Positions 11,368 through 23,200 of a DNA stretch of 37,314 nucleotides are shown piece after piece. The notes under the pieces were generated by a model. That model was not told where the DNA came from and did not search any database. It was given only the letters and a program-made list of their open reading frames with translations. The stretch spans positions 957,957 to 995,270 of the forward strand of contig NW_002060961.1 of the NCBI RefSeq assembly GCF_000150275.1, written 5' to 3'. A program made the position numbers and the translations under genes. This DNA comes from Trichoplax adhaerens. Its lineage: Eukaryota; Animalia; Placozoa. Numbering within the stretch: the first letter of the stretch is position 1; each line of letters starts with the position of its first letter.

Positions 11368-14332
11368 TTCTTCTTTCTACGGTTCGATAAACAATCATAA
11401 ATGGTACACCGCTAAAGAACTGTAATGACGCCATTACCGTGGTTATTGACTGCGCTTGAGAATATATGTACTTTCAACTATACATAATCTTACTCATGCT
11501 TATATTGCCATACAATTCATATAAATATTTTATGTTTGAATGAAGATATCATTTAATATTACTTGATGTCAATGTAATGTTATCTTGCGATTCCTTATCT
11601 TTTTAACCAACTGTAACAATGTTACTGTGCGTGATTCTATTATTAGAATTAAGGTATGCACCATTATTCAACAGTAGGCATTTAGTTATAAGTGTAATGT
11701 AATTAGTCATTTCACAACATTGCATCTCCTAATTATGTAAATTTGATACAACATAATATGCAGATTAAATTGTTAATAAATCAAACTATAAGTTGAGGTT
11801 GTTTTAACAATTAATTGTTAGTTTACGCAAGCAATACCAAGGGCGTTGAAGGTAAAGATAATTTTTATTCTTTGTTAATTATACATACATTGTAGATTAT
11901 TAATACGAATTGAGTTAATTTTAAATATTTCAAATCAGTTGCAATTGCTATTTGAGACTGTAAAGTGTAACAATTATGTTGCAACGGCTCATGGACTCGC
12001 ATCTACTATACATCAAGTATTCAAATAGATGACTCTACTACTAGCTGTGCGTAATAGCCACCGTAGCAGAGGCATATAGAGGTAGTTAGGGTGAATTGAC
12101 CAATCTGCTGCTAATTCTAAATTGCAAAGGTACTGGATTTAAAAGAATTATGCCTCATTTAATTATAAATGGGAGAACATGGATACATACTTAATACAGT
12201 AGGCATTAATTATAATGCAAAAACATGATCCCTAAGTCATTCATATGATCTATTTCATATAGATCTACAAATAGTTAGCATGACCTGGTTGGCGTGGCAA
12301 ATTAAAAGAAAATAATTTTATACCATTTTCAGGATGCGCTAAAACACCTGTGAACTATTTTATGACAAATCTATCAATTCAGTAGGTCGGAAGCTTTATG
12401 ATAACGTCTTGTCATCAATGGATATGAGTGCTCAGTTTTCTTTCCCATAATAAGCATAAATGTATATCAAGTATATTGCTGATGGTATGCTTGAAAATAT
12501 CCTTCATTTCCTTCCTGTATTAGCTGTTCAACTCGTATATTCACAAAAGAGTAACGATTATTGATATTAATCGCCTTTTACCTTACTTTCCTGCATTAGC
12601 TGTCATGCTTATTTATGCACGCGTACTTGTCATGGCAAATTTACTAAATTGGTAATTTTATTAAATTCTTATATAAAATTCTATAACTCTTAGTGTTAGA
12701 GACCGAGTTCGAAAGCAAATGGGTAGGCTAGTGTTTAATTTTATTTATTTCAAATGCGAAAATCTTGAATTTTTTTGTAGTACGAGGTTTATCTTGTAGT
12801 TCCTTTAGGGTTAGAGATGTGGAGCAGGTGTAGAAGGTCAGGGCTTAGTTTTCTTATGAAAAAAAGGTAGAAAAAAATGAAGTCAATTTACTGCAACATA
12901 TTCACAGGATTGTCACGTACTGCCAGCAGATTCTAAGTAATAATCTCCTTTATGCTTGTACTGCCTATAGATTCATCTGTCATCTCAACCGGAACTCCTC
13001 GCGTAAGCTATCAAGTAATAATCAGCATATATAATCAAAGGAAGAAGTTCATGTAGTCTATCATAGATCCGATTTCAAAGTATTTTTGCTGAGTTTGCAG
13101 TTGTGGCAATGTTATTAGCTGTCCCAGATGAAGCACATTAGTCTTGAAACCGTATAATGATAGCGTAAGTTTGCGTTGTATACTTTTGCTTACTGTAATA
13201 ACAAAGTACCAGCTTGTAAATAATTATTAGCCAAGTTTGGCATATGATGGCATGCCACTATTTGCAAGCCCTGGAAAATACGTTTGTGCAGGTAGCTTTA
13301 GAAGTTTAAAATTTTTCCATTAGTTATATTTAACTAAGAACAGAGCTGTGAATAATGATATCTTTACACATTTATTTACTTTCGCTGATGTTGCACCTGC
13401 AATCTCCTTGCACCTTTCGTATCATCAGCATCGAATTTATCTGGGAGATATATTGCACGTCTCGAAAGTAAACTATGCAATTAAGTAAAATGCTCAATTT
13501 TGGGGAGGAATAAAAATAGTCTGCATGACTATCATTGTTGCAGTGTGCAATAGACTAGAGTAGGTTGGCTACGCCTAGAGGTAAGAACTAGATCTCTTTA
13601 CCATGTGTGAACAGGAAAAGAAGTCGCCAGACTAGTCTAGTCGTCGAGCTTAATTCATTCAACTAGAGTACTGCACTAGGGAGAGTCATGAACCCATTGC
13701 ATGACTCACAATATTATAATCTAATAATTAATTAAGGAGTAACAGATTTTAAAACCAGCTGGAAATCAGCTGTGCTCCATGTCCTCTCATTAAGCCCGTC
13801 TGCGCCGCCCGGCCAGTGTACAGTATGTCTGTATCCTAGACTACCGTCGACCTCAGTATTTCCAACGACTAGCTAGTAGCTGCATGGGAGAGTTTATTAT
13901 TCAAGTAATGCAATAATTATTTATAATCATAATATGAATATGGACGACTTTAGCGTTTCCCTTTTCGACACATACTGTACCATCGTCCACCATCATGCAA
14001 CAATCCTCCTTGCCGTAACCACGACTACTCTATATGTCAACAGTACTACAGACGTCCTGTAGTCTGAAGTACAGTACAGCTACTCTAGTAATAGTAATGT
14101 CTTAGTCACAGTCTATCAACAGCTCGATTGACGACGCGTCTTATATGATAAGTAGTTCAGTTTACGTCCGTCTGTACAGGGTGTCCATTTTTCTCCTACT
14201 GGACCGTATCGAGTCCGGCTGGGACTACTGAAGACATCTCGCGAACTTTATTTCTCCAGCGTTAAAAAATTAGTTTACCAATCTGAGTTAGCTGGAAGAA
14301 TTGTTCTCTATCGTGTTGCAGAAGGAGAAAAA

Positions 14333-15409
14333 ATGGCTGAAGGAGGTGATGCAACAGTAGTGTTAGTGACAGGTGCGTCGGGTTTCGTTGCTACCCATGT
14401 CTGCTATCAACTCTTACAGAAAGGATATAAGGTTCGAGGGACAGTGCGCGATCCTAGCAATGAAAAGAAATGTAAACCATTACGAGAATTATGCCCAGAT
14501 GCAAAATATCCCATCGAATTAGTTCGTGGTGAATTATCCGAGAAGGAATGCTGGATAGAAGCGGTGAAAGGCTGCCATTTTGTCGTCCATATCGCTTCGC
14601 CTTTCCCACCTGGAAGTCCCAAGGACGAAGATGAAATTATCAAGCCTGCTGTTAATGGTACTCTCAATGTTTTAGAAGCTTGTGCTCAATCGGGTACTGT
14701 CAAACGGGTTGTTTTAACCAGCTCTGTAGCCGCCATTTCCAATGGTTTCCTGTGGGAAACAGGTCGATTGTATAATGAAAAAGATTGGACCGATCCAAGT
14801 CAAGCTGCACCTTACGAAAAGAGTAAAACATTAGCTGAGAAAGCTGCATGGGATTTTATGGAGAAATTACCTAGCGAGCAAAAATTCGAATTAGCCGTGA
14901 TTAATCCAGTTCTTGTACTTGGACCTGTAATGCAAGGCTCCAATTGTACAAGTATGGAAATACCCATGCGTCTGTTAATGCGGCAAATGCCAGCAGTGCC
15001 CAAGTTAAATTTCCCCATTATTGATGTACGTGACTTAGCAGCTGGCCACATTGCTGCCTTAACTTCGGATAAAGCCGCTGGCAATCGACATATTATGGTC
15101 TCGGAGAATATGTGGTTCGCAGAAATTGCTAAAGTATACGCCGAAGAATTTAAATCACAAGGTTATCGTGTACCGACCTTTGTCTCACCTAACTGGATCG
15201 TTCGGTTAATGGCGTTTACCGATCCAACCCTTAAGATGGCTACTAAAACGCTCTCACGAATTGGCACTTATGATACTACGCAAGCCAAGGAACACTTAGA
15301 CATGAAAACAAGACCAGCTCGAGAGACAGTCATTGATATGGCTTATAGTTTAATAGAGCGCGGTTTTGTACCTAAAACTGCGAAATATACCGGACCTAAG
15401 AGAGCTTAA
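14333..15409 (+). CDS. Extended SDR, NAD(P)-dependent epimerase/dehydratase family (aldehyde reductase II / dihydroflavonol-reductase-like), copy 1, intronless CDS
   Basis: 358-aa ORF with TGASGFVA Rossmann motif, RGTVR, HIASP, PAVNGT, VVLTSS and catalytic YEKSK (YxxxK). Confidence 0.93.
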   Translation: MAEGGDATVVLVTGASGFVATHVCYQLLQKGYKVRGTVRDPSNEKKCKPLRELCPDAKYPIELVRGELSEKECWIEAVKGCHFVVHIASPFPPGSPKDEDEIIKPAVNGTLNVLEACAQSGTVKRVVLTSSVAAISNGFLWETGRLYNEKDWTDPSQAAPYEKSKTLAEKAAWDFMEKLPSEQKFELAVINPVLVLGPVMQGSNCTSMEIPMRLLMRQMPAVPKLNFPIIDVRDLAAGHIAALTSDKAAGNRHIMVSENMWFAEIAKVYAEEFKSQGYRVPTFVSPNWIVRLMAFTDPTLKMATKTLSRIGTYDTTQAKEHLDMKTRPARETVIDMAYSLIERGFVPKTAKYTGPKRA

Positions 15410-16513
15410 AACGGCCTGCAAACGGAAATGGACCTGCAGCGGTGAACGCCTTTTATTTCTTATTACAACAAAAATTATAATGACCACTATATTTGCTTAC
15501 ATATGTTTATATTGTCAAAAATAAGGAATTACTTTCTACTTTCTCAGCGGTGCCTACTGCATGATTTGAGCCGAATGTGCCATGTTTGTCAGTTCGTCAA
15601 TACGAGTTGATTTCTTGCATTCAAGTAAAATGTTCAACACTTTTGCCAAATAAAAAAACATTCTGAATGACTATCGCGATTCCAGTGTTGAATATACTTT
15701 ACTAGAGTAGGTTGGCTACGCCTAGAGGTAAGAGCCGTATCTATCTGTTACTGTGTGTGAGCAGGAAAAGAAAGTCGCTAAAGTAAAGTAGTCCAGTCGT
15801 CGAGGTTAACTCCAGCAGTGCCCTTGGGAGGGTCATGAATCCCATTGCATGTAAATAACGAATTCATTAATGAGTGACAGATTTTACAACCAGCTGGAAA
15901 CCAGCTGTGCTCTATGTACAGTACTGTAAAGTATGTCTGTATCCTGGGCTATCGTTGACCTCAACATTTCCAACGACTACCTACACGGAAGAGTTGATTA
16001 TTTCACTTAGTCATAAAATAACATGGACGACTTTGGCGTTTACCTTTTCCACGTCTCCAAGCTATCGTCCGCCATCGTCCATCCAGCCTTCCTACCGTAA
16101 CGCATCTTGTGCATTGTACAATGCCCATACGCTGTTGATGTTTGTATAGTAGTGTAATGAGCCATTTGACAGTCCAACTACGACAGCGTATACAATCCAG
16201 TCATGTATGGGTAGCACAGCCAGCGTCTGTACCAGGAGTACCTACTAGACCGTATCGAGCACGTGACATGCGACGACTGAGTTCGCTCGCGCAGGCGTGT
16301 TGTGTACACCGGCGAGTTTAGTTGTCATCTAGAAGGGCCTAACCAACCCGAGGATTTTTACCCTCCCTGGCTTTAAAACTAATGAAAATAGTAGTTTGAA
16401 GAGGATTGTTGCCAGCAGATTGATCGGAGATCCATTTTCAAGCGTTCAAAATTAGTTGATCAATTTGAATTGGCTAAAAGAATTATTCTTTATCGTGCTG
16501 AAGAAGGAGAAAA

Positions 16514-17590
16514 ATGGCTGAAGGAGGTGATGCAACAGTAGTGTTAGTGACAGGTGCGTCGGGTTTCGTTGCTACCCATGTCTGCTATCAACTCTTACAG
16601 AAAGGATATAAGGTTCGAGGGACAGTGCGCGATCCTAGCAATGAAAAGAAATGTAAACCATTACGAGAATTATGCCCAGATGCAAAATATCCCATCGAAT
16701 TAGTCCGTGGTGAACTAACCGAGAAGGAATGCTGGATAGAAGCGGTGAAAGGCTGCCATTTTGTCGTCCATATCGCTTCGCCTCTCCCAGCGGCACTTCC
16801 CAAGCACGAAGATGAAATTATCAAGCCTGCTGTTAATGGTACTCTCAGTGTTTTAGAAGCTTGTGCTCAATCGGGTACAGTCAAACGGGTTGTTTTAACC
16901 AGCTCTGTAGCTGCTGTTTCCAATGGTTTCCTGTGGGAAACAGGTCGATTGTATAATGAAAAAGATTGGACCGATCCAAGTCAAGCTGCACCTTACGAAA
17001 AGAGTAAAACATTAGCTGAGAAAGCTGCATGGGATTTTATAGAGAAATTACCTAGCGAGCAAAAATTCGAATTTGCCGTGATTAATCCTGCCCTTGTACT
17101 TGGACCTGTAATGCAAGGCTCCAATTGTACAAGTATGGAAATACCCATGCGTCTGTTAATGCGGCAAATGCCAGCAGTGCCCAAGTTAAATTTCCCCATT
17201 ATTGATGTACGTGACTTAGCAGCTGGCCACATTGCTGCCTTAACTTCGGATAAAGCCGCTGGCAATCGACATATTATGGTCTCGGAGAATATGTGGTTCG
17301 CAGAAATTGCTAAAGTATACGCCGAAGAATTTAAATCACAAGGTTATCGTGTACCGACCTTTGTCTCACCTAACTGGATCGTTCGGTTAATGGCGTTTAC
17401 CGATCCAACCCTTAAGATGGCTACTAAAGCGCTCTCACAAATTGGCACTTATGATACTACGCAAGCCAAGGAACACTTAGACATGAAAACAAGACCAGCT
17501 CGAGAGACAGTCATTGATATGGCTTATAGTTTAATTGAGCGCGGTTTTGTACCTAAAACTGCGAAATATACCGGACCTAAGAAAGCTTAA
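16514..17590 (+). CDS. Extended SDR (aldehyde reductase II / DFR-like), copy 2, intronless CDS
   Basis: 358-aa ORF with the same motifs; 14 aa differences from copy 1. Confidence 0.93.
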   Translation: MAEGGDATVVLVTGASGFVATHVCYQLLQKGYKVRGTVRDPSNEKKCKPLRELCPDAKYPIELVRGELTEKECWIEAVKGCHFVVHIASPLPAALPKHEDEIIKPAVNGTLSVLEACAQSGTVKRVVLTSSVAAVSNGFLWETGRLYNEKDWTDPSQAAPYEKSKTLAEKAAWDFIEKLPSEQKFEFAVINPALVLGPVMQGSNCTSMEIPMRLLMRQMPAVPKLNFPIIDVRDLAAGHIAALTSDKAAGNRHIMVSENMWFAEIAKVYAEEFKSQGYRVPTFVSPNWIVRLMAFTDPTLKMATKALSQIGTYDTTQAKEHLDMKTRPARETVIDMAYSLIERGFVPKTAKYTGPKKA

Positions 17591-18929
17591 AAGAGGGAAT
17601 GCTTTCTTCCTTACTCTCGATCTTTGCAGATACGTGTACAACCGTCTGTAAACGGAAATGGACCTACAACGATGGCGTAAATCAATCCCATGGATACAAC
17701 ACTACGATAGTAGACTTGGATCGTACGCACTTGCAGACGATCCACCGCCTTTAATTTCCTACTACAACTAAAATTCTAGCGTGCTGTAGTTATTAATAAT
17801 ATCAATAACATTACTAAGCAATAGGGTGTCCAAGCGTTGGTCATGGAATCTTAACGCTGCCTAACCATTTCCAAGAACTTGACGTCGATTGACAGTTTAC
17901 GCCCCAAATTTGATACCAAGAATAACTTAATATACTTATATAAATAGACTGAATTCTTTCAAGCTTGATTAATTATAATGCAATTATCGAAAAATAGAAA
18001 TGACATGCTAACTGAGTGAGAATATTATCGATTGAAGACAGTATTTTAAATACGTAGATCTTGGTAGATTGAATTTCTCAGGTCTTAAGACTACTTACTA
18101 AATAAAGTATATGTAAAAGAGTGAATCAGGAGAGGAAAAACTGAAGCCAACGAAGAGTTGTTAGACAATCCCTTAACTTGAAATGGCTAAAATCCTATTC
18201 TAACAGTTTATATTAGTCATTGGATAGAGAATTTCAGAATAGACATTTAAAAATGCGAATTGGCTGCGCGCCTTGTACCGTGCATACTAACATAACTGGA
18301 TAACTAGTTTTGCTTTTGGTATCTCATTTCCTTGCCTTACTCTCGCATCATTAAGCATCGATAGCGCAAACCATAGTAGTAAAATAAAACAAATTTGATA
18401 TTGGAATTTTCTTATATTGGTTTTATTATTCTTTTGTTACGACTTAGAGCAGAAAACTCTTGATATCGAGTTCGATGTAACTACCACATTGCTTAATCTG
18501 TACTCTATATCTGTCATAAGTTATACTTCAACTATTAACATAGATTGGCTAATCGTTCTATACTGATTAAACTATGCTAAGATCAATAAAAAAGTGCTCA
18601 TCACTTTACGTCGTAGACAATGATGCAATTTTTGTTGATCGTTTGGAAGAAATGGCCAAGCAATGCTGTAGAAAGAGGATGAGTGCAAACGATAGATTTT
18701 CACTCTAAATCACTATCGATTCTATATATACTATATACATATATGTTATCAATATTAATAGGTACGTGAATGATCTACAGTATATTACGAATAGTTGCAT
18801 CCAAAGTGGATAATTACGCAATCAATCTCACTTTAATTTCATTTACTAAAATAATATTTGGGTATAAATGAACATCTATTGATATTTAATGAGGGCGTTT
18901 TTATACTTGTACACGATAGACTATTGCTT

Positions 18930-19670
18930 ACTTTCTTTTTAGAGTATGTAGATCATCATTCTCATTCTTGTCAGCATCTAGGCTATCATTATCAAGACAT
19001 ACATACGAGTATAGGTCTACTTTTAATGTATTATTTGTTGACCATGCGATGGTTATGTCTAGCTTTACCATAAATACAGTACAATATTTCACTTGACAGA
19101 TATTTTGGTTTCCTTTAGGTAATGACTTTTAAAAATATTGAAGTGTAAAATGGGCATACGAATATAGGTATACGTACTTCTAATACATCATTTGATGATT
19201 TATAAGAATATTTTTATTCACAGGTATTTTTTTACTCTCTTTCCTTCATGTAATTAACTCGTACAAACATTGAAATAGATTGACGATCTACGTCTATATT
19301 GGTATATCTAAATATACGTATGTACTTTGCATATGCACTATTTACTATCCACGTTGTGGTTGTGGCTAGCTTTAAATACAGTATTTGGCTTGAGAGATAT
19401 TCTGGTCTCTTTCGTTTATTGAACTTTTAAAAATGGTGAAATAGATGTAAGATATACATGCAGTGATAGGTATACGTACTTCTAATGCACCATTCATTGA
19501 CCGTGTTATAATTATGACTAGCTTTCAATACAGTATTTCACTTCAGAAGTACTCTGATCTTCTTCATTTATTGAACTTCAGCAATATTGAAATTGGTGTA
19601 TATATATATATACACGAATATAGAAATATTTCTGCAACAGTGTATTATCTGGTAACTATGCTCTAGTGAT
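18930..19670. repeat. Degenerate tandem repeat, about 150-bp unit, about 5 copies
   Basis: CTAGCTTT..AATACAGTA recurs near 19060, 19365 and 19518. TAGGTATACGTACTTCTAAT recurs near 19165 and 19468. TTTATTGAACTT recurs near 19415 and 19567. Confidence 0.7.
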
Positions 19671-20227
19671 CACTACATTTAAGTCATAACATCATGCAAT
19701 TTATTTCACTGCTGAGAGGACATGTGAGTCTTACTTTTTAGCCATTCGTGCGAACATAGTTCTCTCATTTTGTCGGACTTATTGATGTTAAGCATGACGT
19801 TATAAAGTTACAAGAATTAGTTTATGTTGTTGTAGTGCCGTATAAATTTTAAGGTTCCTTCATTATGAATTAGCTCAGTAATACTCTAGTTATAAGTCCT
19901 AAGTACTATAGAAAGTAATTGTAATTCTTGCAAATGGATCAAATATAAATGAAGTGAAGCAAGAGAGATCTTGCAATTATATACAACGGCAGTTGGGTAC
20001 TTGTAACAGCTAGTTTTTAACAAAGTCCCCCCAAAAAATTTTGTAATAGCTTGCGATTGTCAATGGAAGCATTTTGCTTAACTAGAATTGGATAGCAATG
20101 TCGCAAAAGTAGATATAATCTATTTATTTGCACCGTAACAAATCCATAAAAGAATAATTCATCGAATGATATTGTAATGATTAGCGTAAGCTATGCAATC
20201 TTTCTTCTATGGCGAATACATTAGGAA

Positions 20228-23200
20228 TCAATTTATATCGTATTGATTGGGATCTTGTAGTTGATGAATCTTTACAAGATGGCTATTCTTAAAGTTTTTC
20301 AAGTTACTAGTCAATAGGATGAAAAAATAGAATGATTTCATTAGACAAACTCTCAATACATGTGCAAAACTAATTCAATAATTAAAATATCAACTTGCCT
20401 CATATTTTGAGGTGATAGAAATATAAATTGGCGATGGGTTACGTGAGAAGTGAAATTCAGCAATGTCGACGTCGCTATTTCTCGGTTATACATATCCTAA
20501 AGGTAACAAATTGTCCAATTTTAGTAGCCATTTTTCTTTGTCAGTGTTATAATCTTCAATTGAAAGGCTATATACTGCAACTCATTCCGAGGTATGAATA
20601 ACACTAATGATATAAAATCATAACTACGAGTAGGCCTACTCCACTATCAAAGTGATTTCTTGACATTGAAGAAAAGAGTAATCAAATTTTACCATGAAAA
20701 CATCAAATTCGTCCAAGCATATAATTGGAGGGGACATGGATTGAAGAAGGGATATGATCAAAGCAACAGTGGCCAAAGATCTTTCTCCACCCGAGAGAGA
20801 TAAATGACTGCAATGGCCACCACGTGCTGCTAAACTCTATATTTTGTGAGGGTAGAAATGAAAACATTTTATAAGAAAGCCAAAGCTTAATTATGTTGGC
20901 TTGATGATTAACTTATCCACTGCTACTTTATTGCAGCTAAGAAACAGAAATTATCGAAATGATAGCAATACTGTAAGGATTACCTGAATTTGTAAATGAA
21001 ATTCTTCATTAAAAGGATCAATTCGTAATTTTGCACTTAAGCCACGTCTTGAAAAAAGACTTCCAATAGTTGTTGTTACTCTTTCCGCTAGTGATTTCTG
21101 TATAAATTTACATTTTGCTTCTCGAAGATGAACATGCTGTTGCAAGGTCTACCAGGCAATGTCCCAAATGAAAGACAATCCATATGTAAGAGAAGATATC
21201 GAAATGAATATTCAGTGGATTTAAATTGAATTTTAATAGCCATAAAGCAAGGCGATATTACTATTAAATATAGTATGAATCTTACTGAGAATATATCAGA
21301 TAAAATCTGCGAACAAGCTTTCCTTCTATAATAAGTTATTTGCGCTTCTTTAATAGCTGCAATAATTTCTTCTTTTGTGCCAATTTCCTCCTGTAGTTTT
21401 TCAAGGCTTTGCTCCTTACGATAGATTTTGTGATCGAGATCTTCAATCTTTTGCTCCGTGATAATTCGATCTGCTGCAATTTTACATGCACTAGCAGTAC
21501 AAGTCTATGATAATTAAAATAAATCAAAAATTGATTTCTCTTTTTCGAATAACCTTCATAGAACGATAAAGAAGATACTAACCAAGACTTTTTCTTGTTG
21601 ATGGTTCATTTTTTGTAGCCAATAATTCTTCTTTTCCTCTAATTCGTCTATAGTTTTATGAAGGTATTTACATTTTTCTAATTTCTCCCGGTATTGTAAC
21701 GTTTTGTGCTTAATTTCATTCTGTTGGTATTGAAGATGAATTTAAACCATTAAAATCTTTAGTAATCTTAATATAACCAAGACCAAGTAATTTTCTAATT
21801 TTTTCCCCATATTGTAACGTTTTGCGCTTAATTTCATTCTGTTAGTGTTCAAAATGAATTTTTAAACTATCAAAATCTCGAATAATCAAGCTGTTTTCTA
21901 AACTTTCACAATATTGTAGCGCTTTGCGCTTAATTTTATTCTGTTGGTGTTCAAAAAGAATCTCTATAATCAATATCTTCAATAATCTTAATATAACCAA
22001 GATCAAGCAATTTTCTAATTTTTCACAACATTGTAGCGCTTTACATTTAAATTCATTTTGTTGGAATTCAAAACGAAGTCTGTATCAAGATCATTAATTA
22101 ATAGAACCATGAGCAATCTATTTTTAAACTTTGACGCATAGTAACATCTTACATTTAATTTCATTTTGTTGCGATTTAAAACGACATTCTATGTCGATAT
22201 CTTTAGTACTCTTATTGTAGCCATGATCAATCTATGTTCTAAACTCTCATCCTAGAAGAGTGCCGTTATATTTTTATCGCATTTCTATGACAATATCGTC
22301 AAATAGTATTCATGCAGCCAAAAATCCAGCCAACTTCCAAGTCTATCTATAGAAAAGGACAATGCCATATTTGCTCTGATGGATAATTTAGACTAATTTT
22401 TTCCGCCTAAGAGGATAGGCTGCATTCTTCTAGTACTTAGTGAGTTATTGTAAATCATTTAATGTATGCTAACGACATTGTAAAGATTATTATAAAAGTC
22501 TTATATGGGTATTCTTCAATAACGAGCAATTTGTTGTCAAATATTATTCTCTTATCCTTCATAGGATACTATGGCAAAATATCTTTACGAGGATGAATTC
22601 TTGTACTAATTCTATCCAGTTATTGTCATAGACAGTTGATAAATGAATTAATTAATGATGAATTTACGAGTGCATTTTGTACTATTCAAGAGCTCAATTA
22701 GAGATATTATTAAATATGAAGACTAATGCTATTCTTAATGAATACTATTCCATAGTTTTAATTTAATTATGGATATGATTCAGTTATGTGTATTCTTTGC
22801 TAGTGTTTTTTTGATATATACAGTATAATACTTTTTCTTGACGTTGTAGGAATACAAAATATTTGGGAAAGTATTCGGTAGTACCAGCGGTAGGAATTGT
22901 TCTATTAAAATAGTATAAAAATAACATCTTTCGCCTCATAACTGCGACGTAGAATTCTCTTCTAGTTTAAAGCGTATACATTTATAGATAATTAAGTGTA
23001 TGAGATGCTAGAAATTGAGAGATATAGGTATTACTATTCATGGAATCATTTTTTGATATCATGAATTAGCAACTCGAGTTAGCCATTAATTAATGCAGTA
23101 CAACATTATTTTTCGGTCAGGCTAGAAGCTATAAAGTTCCTGGAAGGAAGAAAATCTTTCAATTTTCAAATTGATACTAAGATTAGAATTTTACCTGGTA

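Larger units (their letters stand above)
13480..17780 (+). repeat. Tandem segmental duplication (about 2.2-kb unit) carrying the SDR gene with its upstream and 3' flanks
   Basis: The CDSs are offset by 2181 bp. Upstream blocks about 13480-13990 and 15620-16090 align, including an identical ACTAGAGTAGGTTGGCTACGCCTAGAGGTAAGA. The 3' flanks share AAACGGAAATGGACCT. Confidence 0.9.

Noticed and set aside
14407-17265. Minus-strand ORFs inside the SDR genes
   Set aside because: Antisense shadows of the real CDSs.
18617-18708. Possible plus-strand terminal exon (NDAIFVDRLEEMAKQCCRKRMSANDRFSL*)
   Set aside because: No phase-compatible upstream exons or homology could be established.
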